32,000 nt of DNA from Patescibacteria group bacterium (GTDB lineage Bacteria; Patescibacteriota; Patescibacteriia; 2-01-FULL-39-33): contig JBAZMW010000003.1 of assembly GCA_041649575.1 (NCBI GenBank), positions 1-32,000 on the forward strand, written 5' to 3'. This document shows, piece by piece, positions 23,701-31,715 of this stretch (its first letter is position 1; the number at the start of each line of letters is the position of its first letter). Made by a program: the position numbers and the translations under genes. A model generated the notes under the pieces. It did no database searches, was not told the DNA's origin, and saw nothing but the letters and a program-made list of their open reading frames with translations.

Positions 23701-24297
23701 CACGCCGGTTTCGCGGCCCAATTCAAAAATTTTCTCATTGACCCGTTGCTGATGAGGCAGACTGGGATGATGCTGAACTTCCAAATAAAAATTATCCTGG
23801 CCAAAAAGTTTCTGGTAACCCCCAATCATCTCCCGCGCCGACGACAAATCGCCATTGACAAGATGCGAGGCCAGCTCGCCATAGAGGCAGGCGGTGGAGC
23901 AGATTAATCCTTGATGATACTTTTCCAAAAGCTCCCAGTCAATCCGCGGCTTATAATAATAGCCGTCCAAGTGGGCGATGGTTGTCAGCTTGACCAGATT
24001 GCGATAACCCTGCTCGTCTCGAGCCAGGAGTATTAAATGATAAGGCTTAGTGTCTATCTGTGAACGCTTGTTTAGGTGACCGTTTCTAGCCACGTAGGCC
24101 TCAACACCGATAATCGGCTTGATACCCGCTTTTTTACACTTTTGATAGAATTCCACCACACCATACATGTTACCGTGATCGGTTAAAGCCAGAGCTGGCA
24201 TCTCATATTCTACGGCTTTCTTGACTAAATCTTCTATTTTTCCCAAGCCATCAAGGATGGAATAATGAGAATGAGTATGAAGGTGGACAAAAGACAT
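20800..24297 (-). CDS. dnaE: DNA polymerase III subunit alpha
   Basis: PHP domain FVHLHTHSHYSILDG, palm/fingers motifs (PDIDTDF), and 1165 aa. Confidence 0.97.
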   Translation of the reverse strand: MSFVHLHTHSHYSILDGLGKIEDLVKKAVEYEMPALALTDHGNMYGVVEFYQKCKKAGIKPIIGVEAYVARNGHLNKRSQIDTKPYHLILLARDEQGYRNLVKLTTIAHLDGYYYKPRIDWELLEKYHQGLICSTACLYGELASHLVNGDLSSAREMIGGYQKLFGQDNFYLEVQHHPSLPHQQRVNEKIFELGRETGVPIIATGDVHYPNREDDYAQDVLLCIQTKKVLSDKDRMSYVGIDLSFKSPQEMKAAFADHPEVIENTLKVARLCSFELKLGSTILPHFPLPQGETTDEYLKDLCERGLAKHFGDNISLEIRERLNYELGVIAKTGYAGYFLIVQDFINWAKSNGIVVGPGRGSAAGSLVAYLTNITNIDPLKYNLVFERFLNPERISMPDIDTDFADARRDDVLHYVSGKYGKDKVAQIITFGTMAARAAIRDVGRVMGLPYNYCDRVAKLVPMFTKLDQATEVIPEFKEILAEEQGQKLITTAKRLEGVVRHASTHACGVVITPESLDNYSPRQYGSQGDQSIVIQYEMHAVEALGLLKMDFLGLSNLTIIEQALEIIEKIHGQKIDIEKIPLDDQKTFRLFQQGKTTGVFQLESSGMKRYLRQLLPTDLEDIIVMVALYRPGPMEYIPDYIAGKHGRKKPQYLHPKLKPILEKTHGVAVYQEQLLQIARDLAGFSYGEADILRKAVGKKIKELLHEQEVKMIKGMVNNGIEEKIAIKIWEFILPFASYGFNRSHAACYAMIAYQTAYLKANYPAEFMAALLTSDQANSDRIAIEVEECRQMGIEVLPPDINESFSTFTVVAQSLEEARPRIRFGLLAVKGLGENIVKTIVKERKSNGNFKNLEDFLTRVRTKDLNKKSLESMIKSGCLDSLGERNQLLSNLEKILTFVQEVNNNGHNGQDSLFNVMPQVNLFSLRLDLSEQLDKRQKLTWEKEYLGLYVSEHPMSEFREELQGLVVDCAALKNCLAGTEIRVSGVITGVKRIQTKKGDLMLFAKIEDHGGEVEILVFPKVLEQNVHIWQPDNIIICAGKISDKDDEVKVLCNRAAVLNKENIKETIDDIARGNLSGEGEKVKKFFQKINPHKNVALHLDEPLDYRLSQKVIGLLYQNSGLHGLELVVNRLDGSKQKIKTSFRVGYNDHFFKELEELVGSGRVVVD

Positions 24298-24348
24298 AGA
24301 AAGGTAAAAAATTAGGGTTTAAGGCTTAAAATAGAGCCACAAAAAGCG

Positions 24349-24375
24349 AAAAAACCTCTTAACAGATGAGGTTTT
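24349..24375 (-). terminator. Hairpin plus T-run between the htrA-like gene and dnaE
   Basis: AAAACCTC ... GAGGTTTT stem, with further T residues following on the minus strand. Confidence 0.45.
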
Positions 24376-24487
24376 AATTAGTAATTTTCTAGGTTAATTA
24401 TAGAATAAAATCAGTTTAAAAACAAATGAAATTAAAAAACCACCACTGGTGGTGATTTTTATAAATTCATATTTTATTAACTGCTTA

Positions 24488-25579
24488 CTATTTCAAAACT
24501 ACTTCCACGCTTTCTTCTTTTTCGCCTCGTTTAACCAGCAATTCCACCTTATTTCCCGGCTGGTAACCATTAATGATTTCCGACAAACTTTGTGAAGCGT
24601 TTAGTTCTGTGTCGTTGACTTTTTTAATCAAATCACCGTCCTGGATTTTACCAAAAGCCGCACTGTCCTTGGCGGGGCTGCCATAGACCAGGGCGCCTTT
24701 TTCCCCAAATTCCACCAAGCCTTCTGTTTGCGACAGATCAAAATATTTAAGCCCCAGAGTGGGACGAGAAATTTTTTGTTTGTCTAAAACCTGACTGATA
24801 ATATTTTTGAAATAATCAGCCAAAACCACTCGCTGGCCGGCCACCAAGCCGACAATCTCCCCCTTTAGATTAACCACCACGGCGCCATTGTTTTCTTTTT
24901 CGGTTAAGTCTTCATCCAAAAAAAGCTCTTTGCCGAAATCCTCCGACGACTGAACCGCTTCCGGAACAGATTTAAAGTTATAGCCAATACTTCTGACATG
25001 AACCAAAGAAATTTTACTTCTCTGCGAAGCCAGGACTAGTGTTTGGCCAGAAATAAGCTCTTGAGATCTGCCGATTTTAGCTACGGTCAAACCGCTGGCA
25101 GACATTTTGCCAAAAACCAATCCGGTGGCTTCGTCGATGATGAAACTTTCCAACTGGTACTTCTTTGACTGATAGCCAATAGCCAGGTATTTACCTTTGA
25201 GGTTGGCGATGGTTTCTTTGGTGGTGACCACCCAGCCATCGGCTGTCAGGACAAAGCCCTGACCCAAAATTTCCGTCGGCAAGTAGGCCTTAGCCAGCAC
25301 CCCGCTACCTGATTTAATCGGATAAATATTAATCAGAGTCGGCAAAAAATCGTTCTCCACTTGCTTCAGCTGTAAGTCCTGCTCCACCACCACGTTGCGC
25401 GGCTGATCAATGACGATTCTCTGATTACTGTTAAGATCAGAAAAATTAAGACGGCCAAACAGCGGCCAGCCAACATTATTTAAGCCAAAAAGGGAATAGC
25501 CAATAATGCCCGATAAGAAGCCGACCACCAGCGAGATAACGACCGTCAAAAAAAGGCTATTTTTCATTATTTTTAACAT
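24488..25579 (-). CDS. HtrA/DegP-like trypsin-fold plus PDZ protein, apparently catalytically inactive
   Basis: N-terminal TM. GQGFVLTADGWVVTTKETI occupies the place of GSGF..DG.i.TNnHVv. KENNGAVVVNLKGEIVGL occupies the place of GNSGGpLvNl.GevIGi. A PDZ-like C-terminus is present. Confidence 0.75.
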   Translation of the reverse strand: MLKIMKNSLFLTVVISLVVGFLSGIIGYSLFGLNNVGWPLFGRLNFSDLNSNQRIVIDQPRNVVVEQDLQLKQVENDFLPTLINIYPIKSGSGVLAKAYLPTEILGQGFVLTADGWVVTTKETIANLKGKYLAIGYQSKKYQLESFIIDEATGLVFGKMSASGLTVAKIGRSQELISGQTLVLASQRSKISLVHVRSIGYNFKSVPEAVQSSEDFGKELFLDEDLTEKENNGAVVVNLKGEIVGLVAGQRVVLADYFKNIISQVLDKQKISRPTLGLKYFDLSQTEGLVEFGEKGALVYGSPAKDSAAFGKIQDGDLIKKVNDTELNASQSLSEIINGYQPGNKVELLVKRGEKEESVEVVLK

Positions 25580-25604
25580 CTTTGTGAAATTATATTATAA
25601 AAAA

Positions 25605-26369
25605 TTAGAGCCAGGCCGCTGTTACCAAAACTATTATAAGTACCAGCCCGGCAAAGAGACTATATTGCAAAACAACCAAAGTTGTCAAATTTTTATTAAA
25701 ACGCCTCAACGCAAAAGAAGTTAATAAATAGTAAGCCAACGACAGAATTAAAGCCAGCGCATAAATACTAAGCGGCAGAAAAGTCAGAACCAAAAACAAT
25801 TCCCAAAGCAAAAGCGCCAGCACCAAAGACTGAAAAACGTTGGTTCTAGGATTGTAGCCCTCGGCAAAAAAGCGGCTGGAAAGTAAAATCAAGCAGCCCA
25901 ATAAAAAAACCACTGAGAGGCCAAATAGATTAAAGTTAATAAAAGTATAAAAATTAATAAGAACGACGGAGCCAAAAAATAAAATTATTAAGTTAAGATA
26001 GGAAACGATATTTTTAAAATCCAACAAAAAAACTTTTTTAGTCTGATAAAAGAAATGGAAAACAGATTCTAAATAGATCAGATACAAAATCGGCCAACCA
26101 AAAGAGAAAATGGCAACCGGCAAGCTACCGCTTAAAAACAAAAAATAAATAAAACCAACGCTTACAAAAACCAAGGAATGTAAAAAAGCCAGCCAACTGC
26201 CTTTGGCTGTCGTCTTGATTTTTATCAGGATAAAATAAACCAGATCTAAGACTAGAGCTAGGGCCAAAAATAAGTACCACTTGTCAAAATAATAAATCAG
26301 TCCTCTGATAGCAAAAAAATAAACCAAGGGAATCAACCAAGAAAAAACCCTTAGCAACAGAAAAAGCAT
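25605..26369 (-). CDS. Polytopic integral membrane protein (254 aa)
   Basis: About 8 hydrophobic segments. Confidence 0.7.
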   Translation of the reverse strand: MLFLLLRVFSWLIPLVYFFAIRGLIYYFDKWYLFLALALVLDLVYFILIKIKTTAKGSWLAFLHSLVFVSVGFIYFLFLSGSLPVAIFSFGWPILYLIYLESVFHFFYQTKKVFLLDFKNIVSYLNLIILFFGSVVLINFYTFINFNLFGLSVVFLLGCLILLSSRFFAEGYNPRTNVFQSLVLALLLWELFLVLTFLPLSIYALALILSLAYYLLTSFALRRFNKNLTTLVVLQYSLFAGLVLIIVLVTAAWL

Positions 26370-26387
26370 AAATAATAATTATAAAAT

Positions 26388-26837
26388 TTAAAAATCGGTA
26401 ATCAGTTTGGCTAATTTATCCAAACCACTACCGATTAACTCTGACTGAGCGGCAGGCATCTTTTCCAAATCGGAGAGAATGATAACGGCTGAAAGGTGTA
26501 AGTCTTTGGATTCCGGCGGCACCGCTAACGCTAAAAGCCGCGCCTTGGCCTTTTTGGTCTGGCCGGCAAAATCAACCAGCTTCAAACCGTCAGCCGAACG
26601 GACTTGAGAAAGATAATCATTAAGCACTCCTTTAAAACTGGCGCGGTAATTATCGCTAAGCTTAACCGCGTCGGCTGTGGTCTTTGATTGATTTCCATTT
26701 CCGGCCGCCAGACGATAGTTTGCCGAGCGCTGGGAGAAAACCAGCAACAAACCAGCACCAATAATTCCGGCGACCAAGACGCCGATTATAACCCTACTGG
26801 CCACTCTGGTTGGCGATTTTGGCTCATTAGAAACCAT
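26388..26837 (-). CDS. Membrane-anchored hypothetical protein (149 aa)
   Basis: N-terminal TM VIIGVLVAGIIGAGLLLVF. Confidence 0.6.
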   Translation of the reverse strand: MVSNEPKSPTRVASRVIIGVLVAGIIGAGLLLVFSQRSANYRLAAGNGNQSKTTADAVKLSDNYRASFKGVLNDYLSQVRSADGLKLVDFAGQTKKAKARLLALAVPPESKDLHLSAVIILSDLEKMPAAQSELIGSGLDKLAKLITDF

Positions 26838-26847
26838 AAAATTTAGA

Positions 26848-27201
26848 TTACAAACCCTTAAAAACCAAAACTATAATAGCGGACAAAATTAATAAAGCAA
26901 AAATAAAGACCAAAACTCCTAAAATAACCCCCAGAGAAATCAGAGCTTCTCGATACTGATGATTGTGGGCCAAATAAGCGGGATAGCCAAAAATTAGGAT
27001 CCCAGAAACTGCCACTCCCAAAACCAAAAGAATTAAAAAAGCCATGAACCCGGCCAGGACTCCGCCTGCACCAACCGGAAACAAGGTTCCGGCCGCCAGC
27101 AGAAACAACGAAATCACAATGATAAACAAAGTCTCCAAAAAACCACAAACAACGCTTCTTCTAATAACCTCCCCTTCTTCATTCTTTTTGTGTTTGAACA
27201 T
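26848..27201 (-). CDS. Small multi-TM membrane protein (117 aa)
   Basis: Three or four hydrophobic helices. Confidence 0.6.
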   Translation of the reverse strand: MFKHKKNEEGEVIRRSVVCGFLETLFIIVISLFLLAAGTLFPVGAGGVLAGFMAFLILLVLGVAVSGILIFGYPAYLAHNHQYREALISLGVILGVLVFIFALLILSAIIVLVFKGL

Positions 27202-27223
27202 TTTTTTAAGATTAAATTATTAA

Positions 27224-27556
27224 CTATAATGAAAAAGATTCTTTTAAATCTATTTCCAGCCAGTCGTCCTGCGCTTCGTCCCATTTGTAAGCCTTGAGGG
27301 TGTGGCTGAATTCGTCGTTGGAATAGATATATTCCACAGTGGTATCAGAGCCAATGCGGCGCGAACCGATAGTTTTTTTATCTAAAATAACAGGCCGCGT
27401 AATATACTCGATCTTCATTTTGCCCAGTGGGCCGGTAAATAAAAGAGTTTCTTTGTTGCCCATTTCCGGTTCGGCCAACTTGGCTTCCAGAATTTCCGCG
27501 TCTTTAAATAAGTCTTGCACCTGGCCTTTGATTTGTTGCCACTTTTCCGGCGACAT
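27224..27556 (-). CDS. Hypothetical protein (110 aa)
   Basis: ORF in an operon-like minus-strand series. Confidence 0.55.
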   Translation of the reverse strand: MSPEKWQQIKGQVQDLFKDAEILEAKLAEPEMGNKETLLFTGPLGKMKIEYITRPVILDKKTIGSRRIGSDTTVEYIYSNDEFSHTLKAYKWDEAQDDWLEIDLKESFSL

Positions 27557-27623
27557 AAATTCAATGATTAACGACTAGGTTTTGGTTATTAATAATTATT
27601 ATAACACAAAATAAAATAAAAAT

Positions 27624-28160
27624 TCAATTTAAAGAAAACTCGCAACCGCAATAGTGCTGATGATAAAATCCTCTCTCTCGGCTAAAAGTCATGGCTTGTT
27701 TGAATCTGTCTTGTTTCTTCCAATCGCCAGCCAAAAATTTAATTGCCAATTCCCTCTCCAGCTCTTGGCCGATGGCATTTATAGCGCTGGCATCTTTATA
27801 CGGCGAGATGGCCAGAGTGGAGGCAAAATAATCAAAATCGTTATCCTTGGCAAACTTGGCCGTGTTTTTTAATCGCTCCCGATAGCAAACCAGACAACGC
27901 TTGCCTCGCTCCGGTTCGTTTTCCAGCCCCGAGACTACTTTCAGCCAAGCCAGATGGTCGTAGGACGCGGTCATAAAAGGAGTGCTCCCTTGCCGAAAAA
28001 AATTTTTCACTTCCTCCAAGCGATGTTGATACTCTGCTTCGGGAAAAATATTGGGATTGTCAAAATAAATACTGACCGCAAAATCGCGAGACAGCTCCCG
28101 CGCCAAAAAGCCGCTGCAAGGCGCGCAGCAAGTATGAAGCAATAGTCGCGGTTTGTTCAT
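27624..28160 (-). CDS. queH: Epoxyqueuosine reductase QueH (DUF208)
   Basis: LLHTCCAPCS N-terminal motif, a C-terminal HYCGCEFS motif, and about 180 aa. Confidence 0.85.
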   Translation of the reverse strand: MNKPRLLLHTCCAPCSGFLARELSRDFAVSIYFDNPNIFPEAEYQHRLEEVKNFFRQGSTPFMTASYDHLAWLKVVSGLENEPERGKRCLVCYRERLKNTAKFAKDNDFDYFASTLAISPYKDASAINAIGQELERELAIKFLAGDWKKQDRFKQAMTFSRERGFYHQHYCGCEFSLN

Positions 28161-28414
28161 TAAGCAACCTTTAAAACCTCGTCACCCTCCTTGACCAACT
28201 GATCAACCTTAAGCCCAAATGATTGACCCTTGGAAGCGTTGGCAACTTCCTGGTGATCAATCTGCATCGAGGTGACCGTCTGTTCGAATTCACCGGCGTG
28301 CGTTTTGACCTTAATGGTCTCGCCGACGCTTAGGTCACCGTCGGTCAGCTCGATGACACCGACGCCGATTTTGCCGAAATAGTGGGTAATGCGTCCGATT
28401 TTTTGTTCTGCCAT
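28160..28414 (-). CDS. Small EF-Tu-domain-2-like (translation elongation factor-like) beta-barrel protein
   Basis: IGRITHYFGKIGVGVIELTDGDLSVGETI pattern, 84 aa. Confidence 0.6.
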   Translation of the reverse strand: MAEQKIGRITHYFGKIGVGVIELTDGDLSVGETIKVKTHAGEFEQTVTSMQIDHQEVANASKGQSFGLKVDQLVKEGDEVLKVA

Positions 28415-28437
28415 AGATTTATTGGTTAATTTTATTT

Positions 28438-28902
28438 TTATTTTTTTAAACTCTGCCTATACTCATTTATCCTGGCGTTAACAAAGGAGTCTGCTTCGGC
28501 CAGAATGCCTTTCAAATTTTTGAAACGCAAATATTTATTGGCGGTTTTAAGGTTTAGCCAGGCATAACCGTTGTGTTCGCCAGAAATCTTTAATTCGGCC
28601 TGCAGCGGCAATTTAGCCAGAAATAAAATAAAATCTTTTTTGATTAATTGCGCTTTGCCACTACGCGCTTCCTTGAAGAAAAAATCAGTCTGCGCCCGCC
28701 AGCCATCAATCAACTTGATATCTTTAATGCCGGTTTCCTCTACTAGTTCCCTTTTAGCTCCCTGCTCTTCGCTTTCGCCGGCATCTAATTTGCCTTTGGG
28801 AAAATTCCAATAACTGCCTCGGTGGTAAAGTACCAGGTATTGCAAACCTTCCTTGGGATGTAGGCGAAAAACAATTACGCCGGCTGATTTTTCACGAATC
28901 AT
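28438..28902 (-). CDS. NUDIX hydrolase
   Basis: Nudix box GKLDAGESEEQGAKRELVEETGI. Confidence 0.9.
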   Translation of the reverse strand: MIREKSAGVIVFRLHPKEGLQYLVLYHRGSYWNFPKGKLDAGESEEQGAKRELVEETGIKDIKLIDGWRAQTDFFFKEARSGKAQLIKKDFILFLAKLPLQAELKISGEHNGYAWLNLKTANKYLRFKNLKGILAEADSFVNARINEYRQSLKK

Positions 28903-28985
28903 ATTGTTATTCCCCTCCTTTCAAAGGAGGGGCTAGGGGAGGTTTTAAAATATTTAAAATAGTTTCGATAAACCAATTTATATTA

Positions 28986-30248
28986 TTAATTATCTCCGAG
29001 ATACTTGTGGCCTTTGATTTTAGGGGGTAAATACTCTTGTTCCTCCTGATAATCATAATCCGGGCTGTATTTATAATCCTTGCCGTAATTCAAATCTTTC
29101 ATCAGCTTGGTCGGCGCATTACGCAAATGCAGCGGCACCGGCTCATCCATGGTTTCTTTGACGTCTTTTTGAACGGAGAGATAGGCGCGGTAGAGCTCGT
29201 TGCTCTTTTTGCACTTAGCCAGATAAACGACCACCTGTGCCAGAATCACATTGCATTCCGGCGTGCCGATATAATGGACGGCCTGGTAGCCGGCCACTGC
29301 CTGCTCCAAGGCGCGAGAATTGGCCAGACCGACATCTTCCGAAGCAAATCTTACCAAACGGCGAGCTACATACAGTGGGTCTTCGCCGGCCTCGAGCATA
29401 CGCGCCAGCCAATAGAGGGCGGCGTCGGCATCGGAACCGCGCAGAGATTTATGCAGAGCGGAAATCAGGTTGTAGTGCTGTTCGCCGTCTTTGTCATACA
29501 AACAGTGCGACTTCTGCAAAGAATCCCTGATAATTTTTTGATCTATTCTTATTATACCATCTTTGTCGGTTTTTGTGGCCTTGACCGCGAACTCCAAAGT
29601 GTTCAAGGCGATGCGCGCGTCGCCACTGGCAATTCTGGACAAGTATTTCAGCGCGGCTTCCTCGATATTAATTTTCAAATTGCCAAAACCTTTTCGCTGA
29701 TCAATAATCGCCCGCTTCAAAATATTGGCCAGATTTTCTTCTGATAGCTGCTCGAGCACAAAAACCCTGGCGCGAGACAGCAAGGCGGAATTGACTTCAA
29801 AACTGGGGTTCTCGGTGGTGGCACCGATAAGCGTGATGACTCCGGTCTCGACGTGCGGCAAAAGCGCGTCTTGCTGTGATTTATTCCAGCGATGAATTTC
29901 GTCGATAAAAAGCAGGGTGCGCTGGCCGTTAAACTTACGCCGATCCTGGGCTTTAGTAATAATTTCTTTTAAATCCTTAACGCCACAAGTGACGGCTGAG
30001 AAAGAAATAAAATCAGAATTGGTCAGATTAGCAATAATTCTAGCCAAAGTGGTTTTGCCCGATCCAGGCGGACCCCAAAAAATCATCGAGGGAATCTGGT
30101 CTTTTTCTATCAACTGCCGCAACAGCTTGGTTTCACCAATGATTTCGTTTTGGCCCACAAAATCGGCCAAGGTATCAGGCCTCATTCTATCGGCCAAAGG
30201 CGCTTCCAGGCCTAATTTTTGCCTTAAATTTTGATCAAATAAATCCAT
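28986..30248 (-). CDS. rarA: Replication-associated recombination protein A (MgsA/RarA AAA+ ATPase)
   Basis: LADRMRP, WGPPGSGKTTLARIIA, LFIDEIHRWNKSQQDALLPHVE, and a C-terminal MgsA domain (YDKDGEQHYNLISALHKSLRGSD). Confidence 0.93.
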   Translation of the reverse strand: MDLFDQNLRQKLGLEAPLADRMRPDTLADFVGQNEIIGETKLLRQLIEKDQIPSMIFWGPPGSGKTTLARIIANLTNSDFISFSAVTCGVKDLKEIITKAQDRRKFNGQRTLLFIDEIHRWNKSQQDALLPHVETGVITLIGATTENPSFEVNSALLSRARVFVLEQLSEENLANILKRAIIDQRKGFGNLKINIEEAALKYLSRIASGDARIALNTLEFAVKATKTDKDGIIRIDQKIIRDSLQKSHCLYDKDGEQHYNLISALHKSLRGSDADAALYWLARMLEAGEDPLYVARRLVRFASEDVGLANSRALEQAVAGYQAVHYIGTPECNVILAQVVVYLAKCKKSNELYRAYLSVQKDVKETMDEPVPLHLRNAPTKLMKDLNYGKDYKYSPDYDYQEEQEYLPPKIKGHKYLGDN

Positions 30249-30286
30249 GAGAACATTTTACTCTGGTTCTGTTTTTCTGCCAACTA

Positions 30287-30315
30287 TTGACAAAAATATT
30301 GAAGTATGATATAAT
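30287..30315 (+). promoter_or_regulatory. Consensus sigma-70-type promoter
   Basis: TTGACA, exactly 17 nt, TATAAT. Confidence 0.65.
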
Positions 30316-30385
30316 AGTAAATGTGAGTGTTTTAGAGAAATAGAGGAAAACAGCCAAAAACCGTGAGACATAGGAGGACTGCAAG

Positions 30386-30751
30386 ATGAAAGTTCTTTTC
30401 AAAACCGGCTGGCTGGTAGGCCGCCGCAAGTGGGCAAGCCGCCGGCGGCGCAGCAAAGCGTGGAAGCAGTTGAAGCGGGAGACCAACTGCCTCGAAGGTA
30501 TACTCCGCAGAATGGAGATGTACCACTCGTTGGAGAACTGGACTTCCCGAGAAGGGAAGGATATCAACAATAGAATGGTACTCCGTGAGGCGGCGGCCCA
30601 ACTCCCCAAGGTGGCGTCCGCGGAACAGCAATGCCGCCGCGTCGGCGTCAAGGAGGACGAGCTCGTCGCCATAGGAGAGCGACGAGCGCAGCATTGGAAG
30701 ATGGTGAGCGTAGTAGAACTGAGCCGCGCCGTAAACACGGCCGGGCTCTAA
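30386..30751 (+). CDS. Hypothetical basic, predicted-helical protein (121 aa)
   Basis: TAGGAGGA lies 7 nt upstream. Arg/Lys-rich N-terminus. No family recognised. Confidence 0.6.
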   Translation: MKVLFKTGWLVGRRKWASRRRRSKAWKQLKRETNCLEGILRRMEMYHSLENWTSREGKDINNRMVLREAAAQLPKVASAEQQCRRVGVKEDELVAIGERRAQHWKMVSVVELSRAVNTAGL

Positions 30752-30769
30752 CCGCGAAAGGAGAAGACC

Positions 30770-31246
30770 ATGAGCAACAAGCTGTTTGGGACCAGAGCCG
30801 CACTGTTCGCCTTGCCCATGATGGCGCTGGGCTGGACGTTGGTATTCGCGATCAAAAGGGGGTACACCGAAGAACTGGAGGCGTTGTTGTATGCTTCCTT
30901 CCTCTTCGCAGGGCTGACCTACTTCTGTTTGGCCGCCACCTGCGCCACCGCGTGCTACGACTGCTGCCGGCAGTTGTTGGGACGGCTGGAGAAAGCCTGG
31001 GCTGCCCGTACGGCCAAGGTGTCGGTGATCTGGTACGCCAACATAGCGGCCGGGGCAGCAATACTGCTGGTGGCCATCTACCTGGTGGCCTACCAGGTCG
31101 ACTGGCTCGAGTTCTTCGAGCTAAGGACGATGAGAGACAACGTACTACTCATCCTCCTGGCGACGCTGCTCGGCAGCGTCGGAGTGGCCGTCGGCGCCGG
31201 CACCAGCAATATGCTATCTATTCGCCTGTCACAGACGGACGAGTAG
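30770..31246 (+). CDS. Four-TM membrane protein (158 aa)
   Basis: AAGGAG upstream and four hydrophobic segments. Confidence 0.65.
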   Translation: MSNKLFGTRAALFALPMMALGWTLVFAIKRGYTEELEALLYASFLFAGLTYFCLAATCATACYDCCRQLLGRLEKAWAARTAKVSVIWYANIAAGAAILLVAIYLVAYQVDWLEFFELRTMRDNVLLILLATLLGSVGVAVGAGTSNMLSIRLSQTDE

Positions 31247-31257
31247 CTCGCAGTCAA

Positions 31258-31300
31258 CCGCCCCCAGAGTGAAAACTCTGCGGGGCGGTGAATTATTTTT
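31258..31300 (+). terminator. Rho-independent terminator
   Basis: CCGCCCCCAGAGT-GAAA-ACTCTGCGGGGCGG followed by a T-rich tail. Confidence 0.7.
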
Positions 31301-31305
31301 AACTC

Positions 31306-31334
31306 TTGACAACCCAGAAGCAATGCTCTAATAT
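31306..31334 (+). promoter_or_regulatory. Candidate sigma-70-type promoter
   Basis: TTGACA, 17 nt, TAATAT. Confidence 0.55.
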
Positions 31335-31373
31335 AAGATGTCAAGAGCGGTTGACCACAACGGAGGAGTAGTC

Positions 31374-31640
31374 ATGGCAACTATCATCCTTGTACTTTCA
31401 GCAATCGGGGCATTATGTAGCTGGCTGATGGAATTCTCCCTGCCGCCAGACTCGCGCTTTGCTGGCAACTGGTGGGCGGAGAACAGCATCACCATCGTGT
31501 TCTGGAGTAATATGGTTCTAAGCGCCATAGTGATCGTCTTGGAGTACGCCGCCCAGAAGATCCAACAGCGAAAGAAGACGCGGGGAGGAGTCTGGCTGAA
31601 GCGCAGAAATAGGGAGTGGGATGAGAAGGAGGCCCACTGA
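31374..31640 (+). CDS. Small three-TM membrane protein (88 aa from MATIILV; ORF-track start is 31338)
   Basis: GGAGGA lies 7 nt before the ATG at 31374. Hydrophobic segments are present. Confidence 0.55.
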   Translation: MATIILVLSAIGALCSWLMEFSLPPDSRFAGNWWAENSITIVFWSNMVLSAIVIVLEYAAQKIQQRKKTRGGVWLKRRNREWDEKEAH

Positions 31641-31658
31641 CAACAGTCTTGGCAGAGC

Positions 31659-31705
31659 AAAAACGTCCGACACCGGTGACTTTAGGTGTCGGACGTATTC
31701 TTTTT
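31659..31705. terminator. Bidirectional terminator shared by the islet and uppS
   Basis: AAAA-ACGTCCGACACC-(10 nt)-GGTGTCGGACGT-ATTCTTTTT, a 12-bp perfect stem. Confidence 0.85.
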
Positions 31706-31715
31706 GAAAGATAAT

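Larger units (their letters stand above)
30287..31705 (+). mobile_element. Second GC-rich islet: three small ORFs with their own promoters and terminators, inserted between rarA and uppS
   Basis: Hand count 39/60 G+C at 30901-30960 against 18/60 at 30241-30300. Direction is opposite to both flanking genes. Confidence 0.45.

Noticed and set aside
28905-28960. CCCCTCCTTT-CAA-AGGAGGGG hairpin between rarA and the NUDIX gene, considered as a terminator
   Set aside because: No T-run follows it on the transcribed minus strand. It may be a stabilising hairpin, but a terminator call is not supported.
12019-31664. TTGGCA(N)AAAAA motif at all four islet borders, considered as a shared attachment site
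   Set aside because: Similar TTGGCAAAA or TTTTGCCAA strings also occur inside ordinary genes, for example near 17612, 25105 and 29690. The short motif alone is therefore not diagnostic. Only the longer 18-21 nt direct repeat around islet 1 is retained, and with caution.
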